Below, piece after piece: positions 1 to 9,247 of a stretch of 64,000 nucleotides of DNA. The notes under the pieces were generated by a model. That model did no database searches. It saw nothing but the letters and a program-made list of their open reading frames with translations, and was not told the DNA's origin. The translations under genes and the position numbers were made by a program. Source of the DNA: an uncultured Bacilli bacterium. Lineage in GTDB: Bacteria; Bacillota_I; Bacilli_A; RF39; UBA660. Position 1 is the stretch's first letter. Each line of letters begins with the position of its first letter. The stretch is from assembly GCA_934167695.1 (NCBI GenBank), contig CAKPLP010000001.1:31806-95805 (forward strand), written 5' to 3'.

Positions 1-775
1 AAATAACCCCACAATCATTATAATTTTTACTTAAATCTATTTTATATTCACTCATCATAAATTCCTTTAAAATTTCTTTACCATAAAGACCTAAGTCACC
101 CGTAACAATTAAATCATAATAACTAGCATCTCTCTTAGTATCTTCCAAATGAGTTTTAATAGTATCAGCCGCTGCTCCAGCCATTACAGCTCCCATATCA
201 AGAGGATCATTCTGATTATAATCAACAACTTTACCTATTGTACCAGACTCTATTTTTATATCACTAACAACTGAGGAAACAACTGCACTTGCCCCTCCTG
301 TTGCAGTAAATGTTGCAGTCTTAGGTTTAGGTGCCCCATATTCAGTAGGATTTCTAAATTGTTTTTCACTAGACATATTATGAGAACTCACACTACATAA
401 ACATTTATTAATATACTTAGAAGAAACTAAACTAGCTCCAATAATAAGAGCTTCAACATTAGTACTACAAGCATTATAAATTCCAAAAAATGGCCTATTT
501 AAATCTTTAACAGCATAACTAGAGGAACAAACTTGATTTAATAAATCACCTGATATAACCAAATCAATATCATCCTTTGTTAACTTATTTTTCTTTATTG
601 CCATATTCATACTTTCATTCAATATTTTAACTTCAGCTTTTTCCCAAGTATCAGCAGAACAATATAAATTTTTATAACCTCTATCAAAATATTTACCAAG
701 TGGACCATTCTTTTCATAAGGACCAACAACAGTAGCAACTTCATTTAAATAAGCATTTTTAAATTTAAATGTCAT
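1..775 (-). CDS. spoVAD: stage V sporulation protein AD (SpoVAD), 5' part only; the gene runs off the window start
   Basis: The minus-strand translation starts MTFKFKNAYLNEVATVVGPYEKNGPLGKYFD... and has a thiolase/ketoacyl-synthase-like fold typical of SpoVAD. An RBS GGAGGTG sits 5 nt upstream of the ATG at 775..773. The ATGA overlap with the spoVAC stop indicates an operon. Confidence 0.75.
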   Translation of the reverse strand, partial: MTFKFKNAYLNEVATVVGPYEKNGPLGKYFDRGYKNLYCSADTWEKAEVKILNESMNMAIKKNKLTKDDIDLVISGDLLNQVCSSSYAVKDLNRPFFGIYNACSTNVEALIIGASLVSSKYINKCLCSVSSHNMSSEKQFRNPTEYGAPKPKTATFTATGGASAVVSSVVSDIKIESGTIGKVVDYNQNDPLDMGAVMAGAAADTIKTHLEDTKRDASYYDLIVTGDLGLYGKEILKEFMMSEYKIDLSKNYNDCGVI

Positions 776-1218
776 ACTAAGCCACCTCCAATAATTAAGC
801 GAATAACACCAAAGGTCCAAGCAGATACAACACCATATACAATAACAGTACCAGCAAGTTTAAAAGCATTAGCACCTATCCCAGTTACCAACCCTTCCTT
901 TCTATATTCTAAAGATGCACTCATCATAGAATGAGCAAATCCAGTGATAGGAATAATAAGTCCACATTTTCCAAGACTAACCCATTTATCAAAAAAGCCC
1001 ATAGCAGTAAATAAACAAGCTACAAATATTAATGTTACAATCATAAATACTCCAGCCTCTGATCTAGAAATATGAAATCCCATACAATAAAGTTCTATTA
1101 ATATTTCTCCTAATGATCCAATTATTCCACCAACAATAAAAGCTGTTAATGCATTATTTCCTCTTTTCTCCGTAGGTCTATGTTTTTTTACAATTTCTTC
1201 ATATTTTTTATTAACCAT
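772..1218 (-). CDS. spoVAC: stage V sporulation protein AC (SpoVAC)
   Basis: A 148-aa multi-TM protein, NALTAFIVGGIIGSLGEILIELY...GANAFKLAGTVIVYGV, matching the SpoVAC/SpoVAEb family. It sits between sigF and spoVAD, as in clostridial spoVA operons. Confidence 0.8.
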   Translation of the reverse strand: MVNKKYEEIVKKHRPTEKRGNNALTAFIVGGIIGSLGEILIELYCMGFHISRSEAGVFMIVTLIFVACLFTAMGFFDKWVSLGKCGLIIPITGFAHSMMSASLEYRKEGLVTGIGANAFKLAGTVIVYGVVSAWTFGVIRLIIGGGLV

Positions 1219-1270
1219 TTTATCACCATTTATAGTTTAAATATATTTTAAAAAAATATACATAAAAAAA

Positions 1271-1952
1271 CTAAAGTCTTACCTTTAGTTTCTCAAGAAT
1301 CTTAGTTTCCTTTCTAGATACCTGTACTTGACTAATTCCCATCTCTCTAGAAATTTCACTCTGGGTATAACCATTAAAATATCTATCATAAATAATTTTT
1401 TTATCTTCTTCATTAAGAAGATTAATTTGTGTATTCAAATCCATTATATTACTATCCATATTTTTATCATAAACTTTTACAGAGTTATAATAATCACTGC
1501 TATCAGTATCACCAATCTCTTCATCTAAACTTTTTATATAATTAGTAGCTTCTTTTGCTAATGCTATCTTTTCTTCATCTATCTCTAAAAATATAGAAAC
1601 TTCCATATCAGATGGCTCTCTAGATAATTTTTGTCTTAACAATTCCCTTGCTTTTTCAATGGATTTATTAAGCTTTATAATATCTCTACTAATTTTTACA
1701 GTTCTATCTTCACGAATATATTTAGTAACTTCACCTAAAACATAATAATAAGCATAAGTAGAAAATTTAGCACTATTTACACTCTTACAAGAAGTCATAT
1801 TATAAATCACCGCTTTCATTATAATTTTTATAAGCCTTAACTAAAGCCATCATTCCAACTTGATATAAATCTTCATAATTACTATAATTACTAAATTTCT
1901 TAATAACAGAATTCACAACCCATTCATAATCCAAAATGAAGTCAATATCCAT
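1271..1952 (-). pseudogene. sigF: sporulation sigma factor SigF-like gene split over two frames (frameshifted or pseudogene)
   Basis: The N-terminal piece 1800..1952 encodes MDIDFILDYEWVVNSVIKKFSNYSNYEDLYQVGMMALVKAYKNYNESGDL*, which covers sigma region 2.1-2.2. It has a good RBS (GAGGAG) and ends at a TAA at 1800..1802. A 182-aa ORF in the +1 frame (1271..1819) follows, carrying FSTYAYYYVLGE (region 2.3/2.4) and a C-terminus ISQVQVSRKETKILEKLKV that closely matches SigF/SigG region 4. I re-read the codons by hand and the stop is as stated. Confidence 0.6.
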
Positions 1953-1962
1953 AATTATCTCC

Positions 1963-2298
1963 TCACAAATTTAATAAATTAAATGCATCCCTTCTATTAT
2001 CTACATAATATAAACGATTTTTTCCACTACCAATTCTTTCTTGATAGAAATTATTTAAACCATACATAACAACTCTACCACAATTAAGAAAAATTTCTAT
2101 CAATTTACTTTGTAATTTCGAGAGCAGACCTTCTTCTATTCTTAGTACACTACTAAAGTCAAAGGTATAATAACAAACACCCTGCTTATACAATAAATAA
2201 TCAATCTCCTCATTAAAAACATTAAAAGCAGTATTATCAAAAACTCCATCAAATTTTAAAAAAAGAATTCCTCTATTTACTTCAGTTGTTATACTCAT
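1963..2298 (-). CDS. spoIIAA: STAS-domain anti-sigma-factor antagonist (SpoIIAA-like)
   Basis: A 111-aa protein with a STAS fold signature (FDFSSVLRIEEGLLSKL) sits directly upstream of the sigF-like gene, 10 nt away. No SpoIIAB-like kinase ORF lies between them. Confidence 0.6.
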   Translation of the reverse strand: MSITTEVNRGILFLKFDGVFDNTAFNVFNEEIDYLLYKQGVCYYTFDFSSVLRIEEGLLSKLQSKLIEIFLNCGRVVMYGLNNFYQERIGSGKNRLYYVDNRRDAFNLLNL

Positions 2299-2349
2299 TC
2301 TCCCACCTCACATAAAAATATAGAACGTTTTAAAAAAAATATATACCTA

Positions 2350-2392
2350 TTCGACAAAAGATTACATTTTTTTCGTTCGACATATTTCGACA
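2350..2392 (-). promoter_or_regulatory. three Spo0A boxes (TGTCGAA on the minus strand) upstream of the spoIIAA-sigF operon
   Basis: TTCGACA occurs on the plus strand at 2350-2356, 2376-2382 and 2386-2392, which is TGTCGAA in the orientation of the downstream minus-strand operon. TGTCGAA is the B. subtilis 0A-box consensus, and spoIIA is a classic Spo0A~P target. Confidence 0.5.
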
Positions 2393-2458
2393 TTAATAAA
2401 TTCCCTACATTAATATTATTCGTTCTAAATAGTAATTTTAGTCAAAAAAAAAGAATAT

Positions 2459-3175
2459 TTATAACTCATTTTTCTCAAACTTATTTAACATTAATTTTAA
2501 AGCCTCATTAATATTAATAGAAGCTTCTTTTAAAAATTTTTCATACGTAACAACATTATCATCATTAGGAGTATCAGAAATACTTCTAAGAATTAGAAAT
2601 GGAATGTTAGAAAGAAAACAAACTTGAGCAATAGAAGCTCCTTCCATTTCAACACATAAAGCCTCAAACTTCAAATGAATTTTTTCAGCCATTTTTCTTT
2701 CAGTACAAAAAATATCACCAGAAGCAATAGTACCTAAAAAATAATTATATTTATGATTCTTTGTTAAATTAGAAAAAGTATTTTGAGCAAGTCTAATCAA
2801 ATACTCATCACTTTTAATAAATTTACCAATACGTGGAATATAACCCTTTTCGTGATTAAATCCTGTCAGATCAAAGTCATGTTGAACCAAATTCGTTCCA
2901 ACTACAACATCACCAATTTTTAATTTATCACTAATTCCACCTGCAACACCAACATTAAATATATAATCAACCTTTAAATTATCAATAAGTATTTGGGTTG
3001 TTCTAGCAGCATTAACTTTACCAACTCCACTTTCAACTAATATACAAAAAACAGAATTTACGATGCATTCATAAAATTTCAAATCAAATATTTGATATTC
3101 ATTAACTATAGAAATTCCATCTTTAAAAGCATCCATTTCCTCTTCCATAGCAAAAATAATTCCAACTCTTTTCAT
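2459..3175 (-). CDS. mtnN: 5'-methylthioadenosine/S-adenosylhomocysteine nucleosidase
   Basis: 238 aa. The sequence MKRVGIIFAMEEE...GVGKVNAA...CVEMEGASIAQVC is typical of the Pfs/MtnN nucleosidase fold. Confidence 0.85.
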   Translation of the reverse strand: MKRVGIIFAMEEEMDAFKDGISIVNEYQIFDLKFYECIVNSVFCILVESGVGKVNAARTTQILIDNLKVDYIFNVGVAGGISDKLKIGDVVVGTNLVQHDFDLTGFNHEKGYIPRIGKFIKSDEYLIRLAQNTFSNLTKNHKYNYFLGTIASGDIFCTERKMAEKIHLKFEALCVEMEGASIAQVCFLSNIPFLILRSISDTPNDDNVVTYEKFLKEASININEALKLMLNKFEKNEL

Positions 3176-3235
3176 CCTTCGCCTCCCAAAGATTATTATA
3201 CACTATATTAAAAAAACAAAAAATGACAACTTCAA

Positions 3236-4162
3236 CTAATTGTCATCTTTTTCTACTTTAACAAAAGTATAATTATTATCTTTATCTAACTTAAATGTAT
3301 ATTTATATTTTTCAAAATCCTTATAATTACTCTCAATAATACTTTGACTATCATTAACAATTCCACTTTTATATGGAGTGATACTCATAATAGCATCAAT
3401 ATTATCATTTAAAGAATTATACAAATTATAAGCATTATCTAAAGAAGAATTATTATCAGGAGCAGTAACACCATAATATACATCTACATAAGCAAAATCA
3501 CCATTCTTAACATAATTATTTTTATATGATATTACTGAACTAGCAGAAGTACCATCACACCCTAAAACAACATAATAAACTTTTTCATCATCATTATAAA
3601 CTAACATAGGACAATTAGAACCACTAATAGTTTTATTAATTGGAGTAGTACCAAATAAACTATTATACAATTCATTAACATCACTTACATTAATTTGAAA
3701 CTTAATATTACTACGATAAGATTCATAATTACTAGGAAGAAATATTTTGTTAACATCACCATTAACACTTTCTCTTTTTGAAGAATAAATTAATTCATTC
3801 AAAACCAATAATAATTTTTCATCATCACTTAAAATAGACTTTTTTAACAAATCAAAATTAAACTCAAAGCTTACAAAATCAGCATAAGCCTCTCCCGTAG
3901 CATCATATCTCCTACCAGAAAGCTGATCAATTTTTATATTTAAATTCTTTATAACATTAGCATCCGTTATCTTACTAGTAACATTAGAAGTATCCTTTTT
4001 TACATTTTTATCAGACTTCTCTTCAGTAGTAGTTTTATTATTAAAACTTACCCTCTTATCATAAATTATATATAACACTAACCCTAATATAACCAAAACT
4101 AAAAATATCACTAAAATAATTATTTTATTATTTAATTTCTTCTTTTCTAAATTATCATCCAT
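3236..4162 (-). CDS. hypothetical membrane-anchored protein (N-terminal TM, N/K/S/D-rich ectodomain)
   Basis: A 308-aa ORF with a hydrophobic segment IIILVIFLVLVILGLVLYIIY near the N-terminus. I recognise no motif. Confidence 0.45.
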   Translation of the reverse strand: MDDNLEKKKLNNKIIILVIFLVLVILGLVLYIIYDKRVSFNNKTTTEEKSDKNVKKDTSNVTSKITDANVIKNLNIKIDQLSGRRYDATGEAYADFVSFEFNFDLLKKSILSDDEKLLLVLNELIYSSKRESVNGDVNKIFLPSNYESYRSNIKFQINVSDVNELYNSLFGTTPINKTISGSNCPMLVYNDDEKVYYVVLGCDGTSASSVISYKNNYVKNGDFAYVDVYYGVTAPDNNSSLDNAYNLYNSLNDNIDAIMSITPYKSGIVNDSQSIIESNYKDFEKYKYTFKLDKDNNYTFVKVEKDDN

Positions 4163-4247
4163 TATAAATTACTCCCATCACCTATTATAAAAATATATTA
4201 ACACTAAATTTCTAATAAAACAAGAAAATGCCATAGGCATTTTTTTA

Positions 4248-5402
4248 CTATTCACCAACTTCACCAATTATCATTGATTGCATATTTCTTAAATATAATT
4301 GTACAAAATTTAATTTACTAATATCTTGTTTAATTACCAGATCTCCAACATAAACCGTTTTGTTTTTCTCTTTTACAGTAATTTTTCCAACTACACTTTC
4401 TTTTTTTGCAGGTAATTTTATATTATTAATTTTAGTAGTTATCTTATATTTTTTATTATTAACACCTTTATCCTGTAAAATATTAATATCATATTTTGGA
4501 TAAACATTTACATTTTTTATTGAGGCTTTATCTAAAGTTACTTTTTTTATAACATCATTACTTTTTTTAATATTTTGAACCTTTTTATTATTAAAACCAT
4601 AATCTAACAAACCCGTAGTTTCACTATTTCTAATTTTAGCAGTATTTTCTCCTAAAACAATGGCAATTAATCTCATCCCATTTCTTTTAGCCGTTGCGGC
4701 AAGACAATAACCAGCATTATCAGTATGTCCTGTTTTTAATCCATCAGCACCATCATATAAACGTACTAATTTATTAGTATTAACAAGCCAAAACTTATTT
4801 GGAGTATCAACTCTTAAATAATCCTCATAAACAGAAGAAAAATCTAAAATTTGTTTATGAGAAAGAAGCTCCCTTGCTATAATTGCCATATCATAAGCAC
4901 TAGAAAAATGACCATCTTCATCTAATCCAGTACAGTTTTTAAACACAGTGTTTTTTAAACCTAAATCCTGAACTTTCTTATTCATCATTTTTACAAATTT
5001 ACCTTCATTACCAGCAATATATTCAGCCATTGCAACAGTAGCATCATTCGCACTAGCCATACTAATTCCTTTAAATAAGTCCTTAACAGACATTTTTTCA
5101 TCTGCAGATAAATATATTTGAGAACCACCCATATCAGCAGCATTCTTACTTACTGTAACTATATCAGTCCATTTAATTTTATTACTTTCAATATTTTCCA
5201 ATATAATAATTTGAGCAACCATTTTAGTCATAGAAGCAACTGAAACTTGTTTATCCTTTTCCTTCTCATAAATAATAGTACCAGTAGACTCTTCCATTAA
5301 CACTCCACTAACAGCATTAACAATCAAATCATTCTCTGCAAAAGCATTAATAGGAAATAAACATAAAACCAATAAAACTAAAGAAAATAAAAACTTCTTC
5401 AT
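4248..5402 (-). CDS. dacF: serine-type D-alanyl-D-alanine carboxypeptidase (PBP5/DacF-like)
   Basis: It has a signal peptide and the SxxK (VASMTKM), SxN (SANDAT) and KTG (KTGHTDNAGY) motifs. It lies upstream of spoIIAA-sigF, as dacF does in Bacillus and Clostridium. Confidence 0.8.
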   Translation of the reverse strand: MKKFLFSLVLLVLCLFPINAFAENDLIVNAVSGVLMEESTGTIIYEKEKDKQVSVASMTKMVAQIIILENIESNKIKWTDIVTVSKNAADMGGSQIYLSADEKMSVKDLFKGISMASANDATVAMAEYIAGNEGKFVKMMNKKVQDLGLKNTVFKNCTGLDEDGHFSSAYDMAIIARELLSHKQILDFSSVYEDYLRVDTPNKFWLVNTNKLVRLYDGADGLKTGHTDNAGYCLAATAKRNGMRLIAIVLGENTAKIRNSETTGLLDYGFNNKKVQNIKKSNDVIKKVTLDKASIKNVNVYPKYDINILQDKGVNNKKYKITTKINNIKLPAKKESVVGKITVKEKNKTVYVGDLVIKQDISKLNFVQLYLRNMQSMIIGEVGE

Positions 5403-5490
5403 TTAATCACTCCTACTAAAAACTATGTCATTAAGAATCTTTTATTCATATTTTAATAAAAATATGCTATTGTATTAATAGGTGATTTTT

Positions 5491-6348
5491 ATGAAAAATA
5501 TTTTAACATATATAGTAATAATATTATGTTTAACGCTAAGCATATTTCTTGCAAAAAATAATTTATTTAATAAGTCTTCATCTAAAACTAATAAAAAAAC
5601 TAATATAATAGAAAAAAAGAAAGTTGACAATAAAGAAACAAAACCAGATTATTATAATAAAGAATATAAAGAAAGATATACTGCCTATCAAAAAGAATTT
5701 CCAAATATATCATTTGAAGATGTTGTTACAAGAGTAAATATTGGTTTAGACAAACCATATTATACAAATACTAAAAAAACACCATATCAAAATAAAGACT
5801 ATATTTTAGTAAATAAATATATTTATATGGAAAATGATTATATACCAGAAAATTTAGAAGACTTAGATACAAGCTACTCAAGAAGTGGTATGAAACTAGT
5901 AAAAAGTGCTAAAGACTCATTAGAAAAAATGATTGAAAGTGCCAAAAATGATGGTTACACAATAAGAGTAATGTCGAGTTATAGAAGTTACAATTATCAA
6001 GTAAACTTATATAATCGCTATGTAAATACAGATGGCAAAGAAGCCGCAGATACATATTCAGCAAGACCAGGGTTTTCAGAACATCAAACAGGCCTATGTG
6101 TAGATATTGATGATTCAAAAATAAATTACACTAACTTTGAAAAGTCGGAATCATTTAAATGGATGCAAGAAAATGCTCACCTATATGGATTTATTTTAAG
6201 ATATCCTGAAGACAAAACAGAAATAACAGGTTATACATACGAATCATGGCACTATAGATACGTAGGTAAAGAAATAGCAACATACATAAAAAAACATAAT
6301 ATCACATTCGATGAATATTATGTTAAATTTATAGAAAATAAAAAATAA
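5491..6348 (+). CDS. M15-family (VanY-type) D,D-carboxypeptidase
   Basis: The sequence SSYRSYNYQ...FSEHQTGLCVDID...ESWHYRYVG matches VanY/peptidase M15B zinc-ligand motifs. I set the start to the ATG at 5491, which has an AGGTGA RBS; the track's 5482 start is a GTG. Confidence 0.75.
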   Translation: MKNILTYIVIILCLTLSIFLAKNNLFNKSSSKTNKKTNIIEKKKVDNKETKPDYYNKEYKERYTAYQKEFPNISFEDVVTRVNIGLDKPYYTNTKKTPYQNKDYILVNKYIYMENDYIPENLEDLDTSYSRSGMKLVKSAKDSLEKMIESAKNDGYTIRVMSSYRSYNYQVNLYNRYVNTDGKEAADTYSARPGFSEHQTGLCVDIDDSKINYTNFEKSESFKWMQENAHLYGFILRYPEDKTEITGYTYESWHYRYVGKEIATYIKKHNITFDEYYVKFIENKK

Positions 6349-6924
6349 TTAATGATCAAATCTTTTCTTCAAATACTTATAAAAATATATAAATAAAGTA
6401 ATAAGTACCCAAATAAATAATACTAAATTACTAACTTGTATAAAAGAAAGAATAAATTCATCTCTATAAAGACTATAATCCAAAGTAAGTACAATACCAT
6501 TACTAATAATATAACTAAATAATCCTAAAAAACATAAATAAATAAAGGAAAAGAAGATATAATTAATTATCTTTTTTATTTTGTCTATATTATCATTAAT
6601 AATAGTATATATAAACAAAAATGTAACAACTAATATTAATATATAATAAAGCATTATAGATGGAAAGTAATAATAATTCATTAATTTTTTAATAAAACCA
6701 TCAATACAAGAAACTACATATCCATGAAAACCACCACTTATAAATAATAAAATACATATTATAAAAGATGGAACACAAATTTTTATAATCATATTATTCT
6801 TTTTTAGATTTAACATCAAAAATATAAATAGAATTAAAATTACTAAAAACATTTCGATACCTAGAAAAGATGAAATAAAATAATTTAATATTAACCCTAA
6901 CTTATCAATAAAAGATAAATTCAT
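6349..6924 (-). CDS. hypothetical polytopic membrane protein
   Basis: 191 aa with about 5 hydrophobic helices. It is adjacent to the sortase/adhesin cluster. Confidence 0.4.
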   Translation of the reverse strand: MNLSFIDKLGLILNYFISSFLGIEMFLVILILFIFLMLNLKKNNMIIKICVPSFIICILLFISGGFHGYVVSCIDGFIKKLMNYYYFPSIMLYYILILVVTFLFIYTIINDNIDKIKKIINYIFFSFIYLCFLGLFSYIISNGIVLTLDYSLYRDEFILSFIQVSNLVLFIWVLITLFIYFYKYLKKRFDH

Positions 6925-6941
6925 ACATAGTACCTCCCTAT

Positions 6942-7610
6942 TTATACAAGTTCAAATATATAAATTGATTGTGTTGTATCACTATCTTTAGTACAAGTAA
7001 TTAAAGTTAATCCGTTAATATTATAATTAGGTCTATGAATAGCAACCACTCCTACCTTTGGTTGTACTTCTATTTTAACTAACTGATACTTATATTTTTT
7101 ATTATTATAAGTAACATAAGCATAATCACCTATTTTCAATTTATAAAGATAGGCAAAAAAAGAAATATAAGCATCACCAGAATGAGCAATTAATATAAAA
7201 TTACCATTTACTACATCAGGATAATCAGCATTATAAGAAACTGTAACATTATAACTAATATCATTATACTTTGATTCTTTATTTAAAAATCCTCTTTTTA
7301 ACCTTATTTTAGGAATTTCTAAATAACCTATATAATTATAATTACGTTTTGGAATACTACTGCTAATATTATTATTAGTGCTACCAGTGGAATTGGAATC
7401 ATTAGCACTAATATTACTAACCTCACCAGCATCATGCACCTTATCATCACTATTATCACTACTAGTTTGATCTAACATACTTAAACGAACACTTTCATAC
7501 ACTTCTTCTTTTAAAATCCTTAAATGTCCATACGATAAAACAAAAACTCCAACTAATATAAGTAAAGAGCCAAAAAGTAAAATTTGACTCTTTTTAACTT
7601 TTTTCATCAC
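6942..7610 (-). CDS. sortase (probably class D/B-like; divergent)
   Basis: It has an N-terminal TM anchor, the IPKIRLKRGF substrate-channel region, a His in NFILIAHSG and the catalytic Cys in LTLITC (TLxTC). The protein ends 16 aa after the Cys, with no obvious conserved Arg. Confidence 0.7.
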   Translation of the reverse strand: MMKKVKKSQILLFGSLLILVGVFVLSYGHLRILKEEVYESVRLSMLDQTSSDNSDDKVHDAGEVSNISANDSNSTGSTNNNISSSIPKRNYNYIGYLEIPKIRLKRGFLNKESKYNDISYNVTVSYNADYPDVVNGNFILIAHSGDAYISFFAYLYKLKIGDYAYVTYNNKKYKYQLVKIEVQPKVGVVAIHRPNYNINGLTLITCTKDSDTTQSIYIFELV

Positions 7611-7612
7611 CC

Positions 7613-9133
7613 TTAATTATTCTTCTTTGGTTTAGTAGTTACATAAATTACTGCAATACCAATTACTAGAATCATACCACCAATTATATAAATATATATT
7701 GGTATATTCTCTGCAGTATTTGGAACATCTGTAGTTGGAGTATTTTTCATAACTACTTTAGTTATTGTACCATCATCTTTTACTGTAAATGGTACAGATT
7801 CTTTATTAAGTTCATAACCATCTGGTGAAGTAATCTCTGATAATATATAATCCCCTGCAGGTAAACTTACATAATAAGGTTGATCAGTACTTGTCCATTT
7901 AGCAACTTCTTCTCCATTACTATTTTTAATAGATAATTGAGCTCCTGCAACTAGTTTACCATTACTAATATCAGTCTTACTAATTTGAGTAAAATTAACA
8001 TTAATAGTTTTATAAAGTGTTTTATTCACTGTTTTAGCAATAATTGGAATTTGAACACCAGGATCAGATGGAGTATAAGAATAAACCTCATTAGAAGCAT
8101 ATTTTATTGCAACCATAACTTGTAAATTAATTGAATCTGCATCCTTAATTTTTTCAACTGGAATTCTAACTCTAAATTTATTATTAGAAGAAGTAACTCC
8201 TGAACTAGAATTGCCACTTGCATCTACAACAACCGCATCATAAGTATTGTTAGCAAGTCCTATTTGATAATTAATAATAGATAAATTATTTCCTGTAATA
8301 GTAATCTCATTACTCTCTAAATATTTACCATCAGAAGTTAAAGAGTATTTAATACTATCTTTATCAATAGAAATACTAACAGCACCTTGATGTTCTTGAT
8401 TATATTGTACAGCATCATTCGCAAATAAATTTATTGTTCTTGCTACTTCACTTGCTTGACCAGAATCACCAGACAAAAGTAACTTCAACATATTAGAACT
8501 TTGATCACTACTTAATTGCTTATTACCATTACTATCTTTAGCTCCAACCATATCCATATAATACCATATAGCATATTGTGTTATGTATTTTTTACAAGCT
8601 TTAATTTTTTCATCTGCAGACATACCAATTTGCATATCATTAGAAGTAATTGTATAAGTATTATCATCACATCTACTTAAATATTTTGTTGAACCTTCTG
8701 AACCATAACCATTATTTAAAATATAAGCAAGTCCCGGAGCATAAGTATTAGAAACTAATTGAGGATCAGTATATTGAACAGGATTATTTGAAACCATTTT
8801 TTGACCTTCAATACAGTACATTTCATAATTTTGTCCATTTGTATCAGTTGCCTTAAAGTCATATGTCAATGATAACTCAGTTGTTTGATAATATTGATCA
8901 TTCATCAAACTCCAAGCCTTTCCCTGCTCTAATTTTGTTATATTAGAATTCAAAGTTGTTGGTACAATTTCATCAGTAGGCAATGCATAACTGCCCCCAA
9001 TACTATTAGAAGCCATAAACATCGTAAGCATAAAACAAATAAATGTAAATGCTAATACAATATTCGCACTAGACTGTTTATCCAATTTCCACCTTTTTCT
9101 TTTTACTTGTTTTTCACTATTATTAGAATTCAT
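7613..9133 (-). CDS. cell-wall-anchored thioester-domain (TED) adhesin, paralog 1
   Basis: It has a signal peptide and N-terminal YCIEGQ and TQYAIWYY motifs (TED Cys and TQxA(I/V)W Gln motifs). The C-terminus carries a CnaB/SpaA-type prealbumin-like domain (LVAGAQLSIKNSNGEEVAKW...GDYILSEITSPDGYEL). A sorting signal VPNTAEN, a hydrophobic stretch and a KPKKNN tail follow. Confidence 0.65.
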   Translation of the reverse strand: MNSNNSEKQVKRKRWKLDKQSSANIVLAFTFICFMLTMFMASNSIGGSYALPTDEIVPTTLNSNITKLEQGKAWSLMNDQYYQTTELSLTYDFKATDTNGQNYEMYCIEGQKMVSNNPVQYTDPQLVSNTYAPGLAYILNNGYGSEGSTKYLSRCDDNTYTITSNDMQIGMSADEKIKACKKYITQYAIWYYMDMVGAKDSNGNKQLSSDQSSNMLKLLLSGDSGQASEVARTINLFANDAVQYNQEHQGAVSISIDKDSIKYSLTSDGKYLESNEITITGNNLSIINYQIGLANNTYDAVVVDASGNSSSGVTSSNNKFRVRIPVEKIKDADSINLQVMVAIKYASNEVYSYTPSDPGVQIPIIAKTVNKTLYKTINVNFTQISKTDISNGKLVAGAQLSIKNSNGEEVAKWTSTDQPYYVSLPAGDYILSEITSPDGYELNKESVPFTVKDDGTITKVVMKNTPTTDVPNTAENIPIYIYIIGGMILVIGIAVIYVTTKPKKNN

Positions 9134-9198
9134 TTTCTCACCTTACCTTACTATCTACAGTATAACACAAAATAATTTTAAAACAAAATAATTTTAAA

Positions 9199-9236
9199 TA
9201 ATTTATAAAGTTTATACAAAAAAAGAATCTTACGAT
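9199..9236 (-). terminator. intrinsic terminator between the two adhesin genes
   Basis: On the minus strand, GAATCgtaaGATTC is followed by TTTTTTT. Confidence 0.5.
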
Positions 9237-9247
9237 TCCTTCTTCAT

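Noticed and set aside
1328-1528. Plus-strand ORF within the sigF-like gene, and the similar internal antisense ORFs at 5909..6118, 15411..15650, 25317..25589, 28061..28267, 30347..30577, 30810..31061, 34394..34609, 34856..35068, 36026..36250, 39812..39994, 40450..40707, 44623..44865, 47005..47211, 48915..49109, 49344..49574, 52781..53116, 56120..56512 and 56203..56418
   Set aside because: All lie inside, and antisense to or out of frame with, well-supported conserved genes. They have Ile/Leu/Phe/Asn-rich compositions typical of random ORFs in AT-rich DNA.
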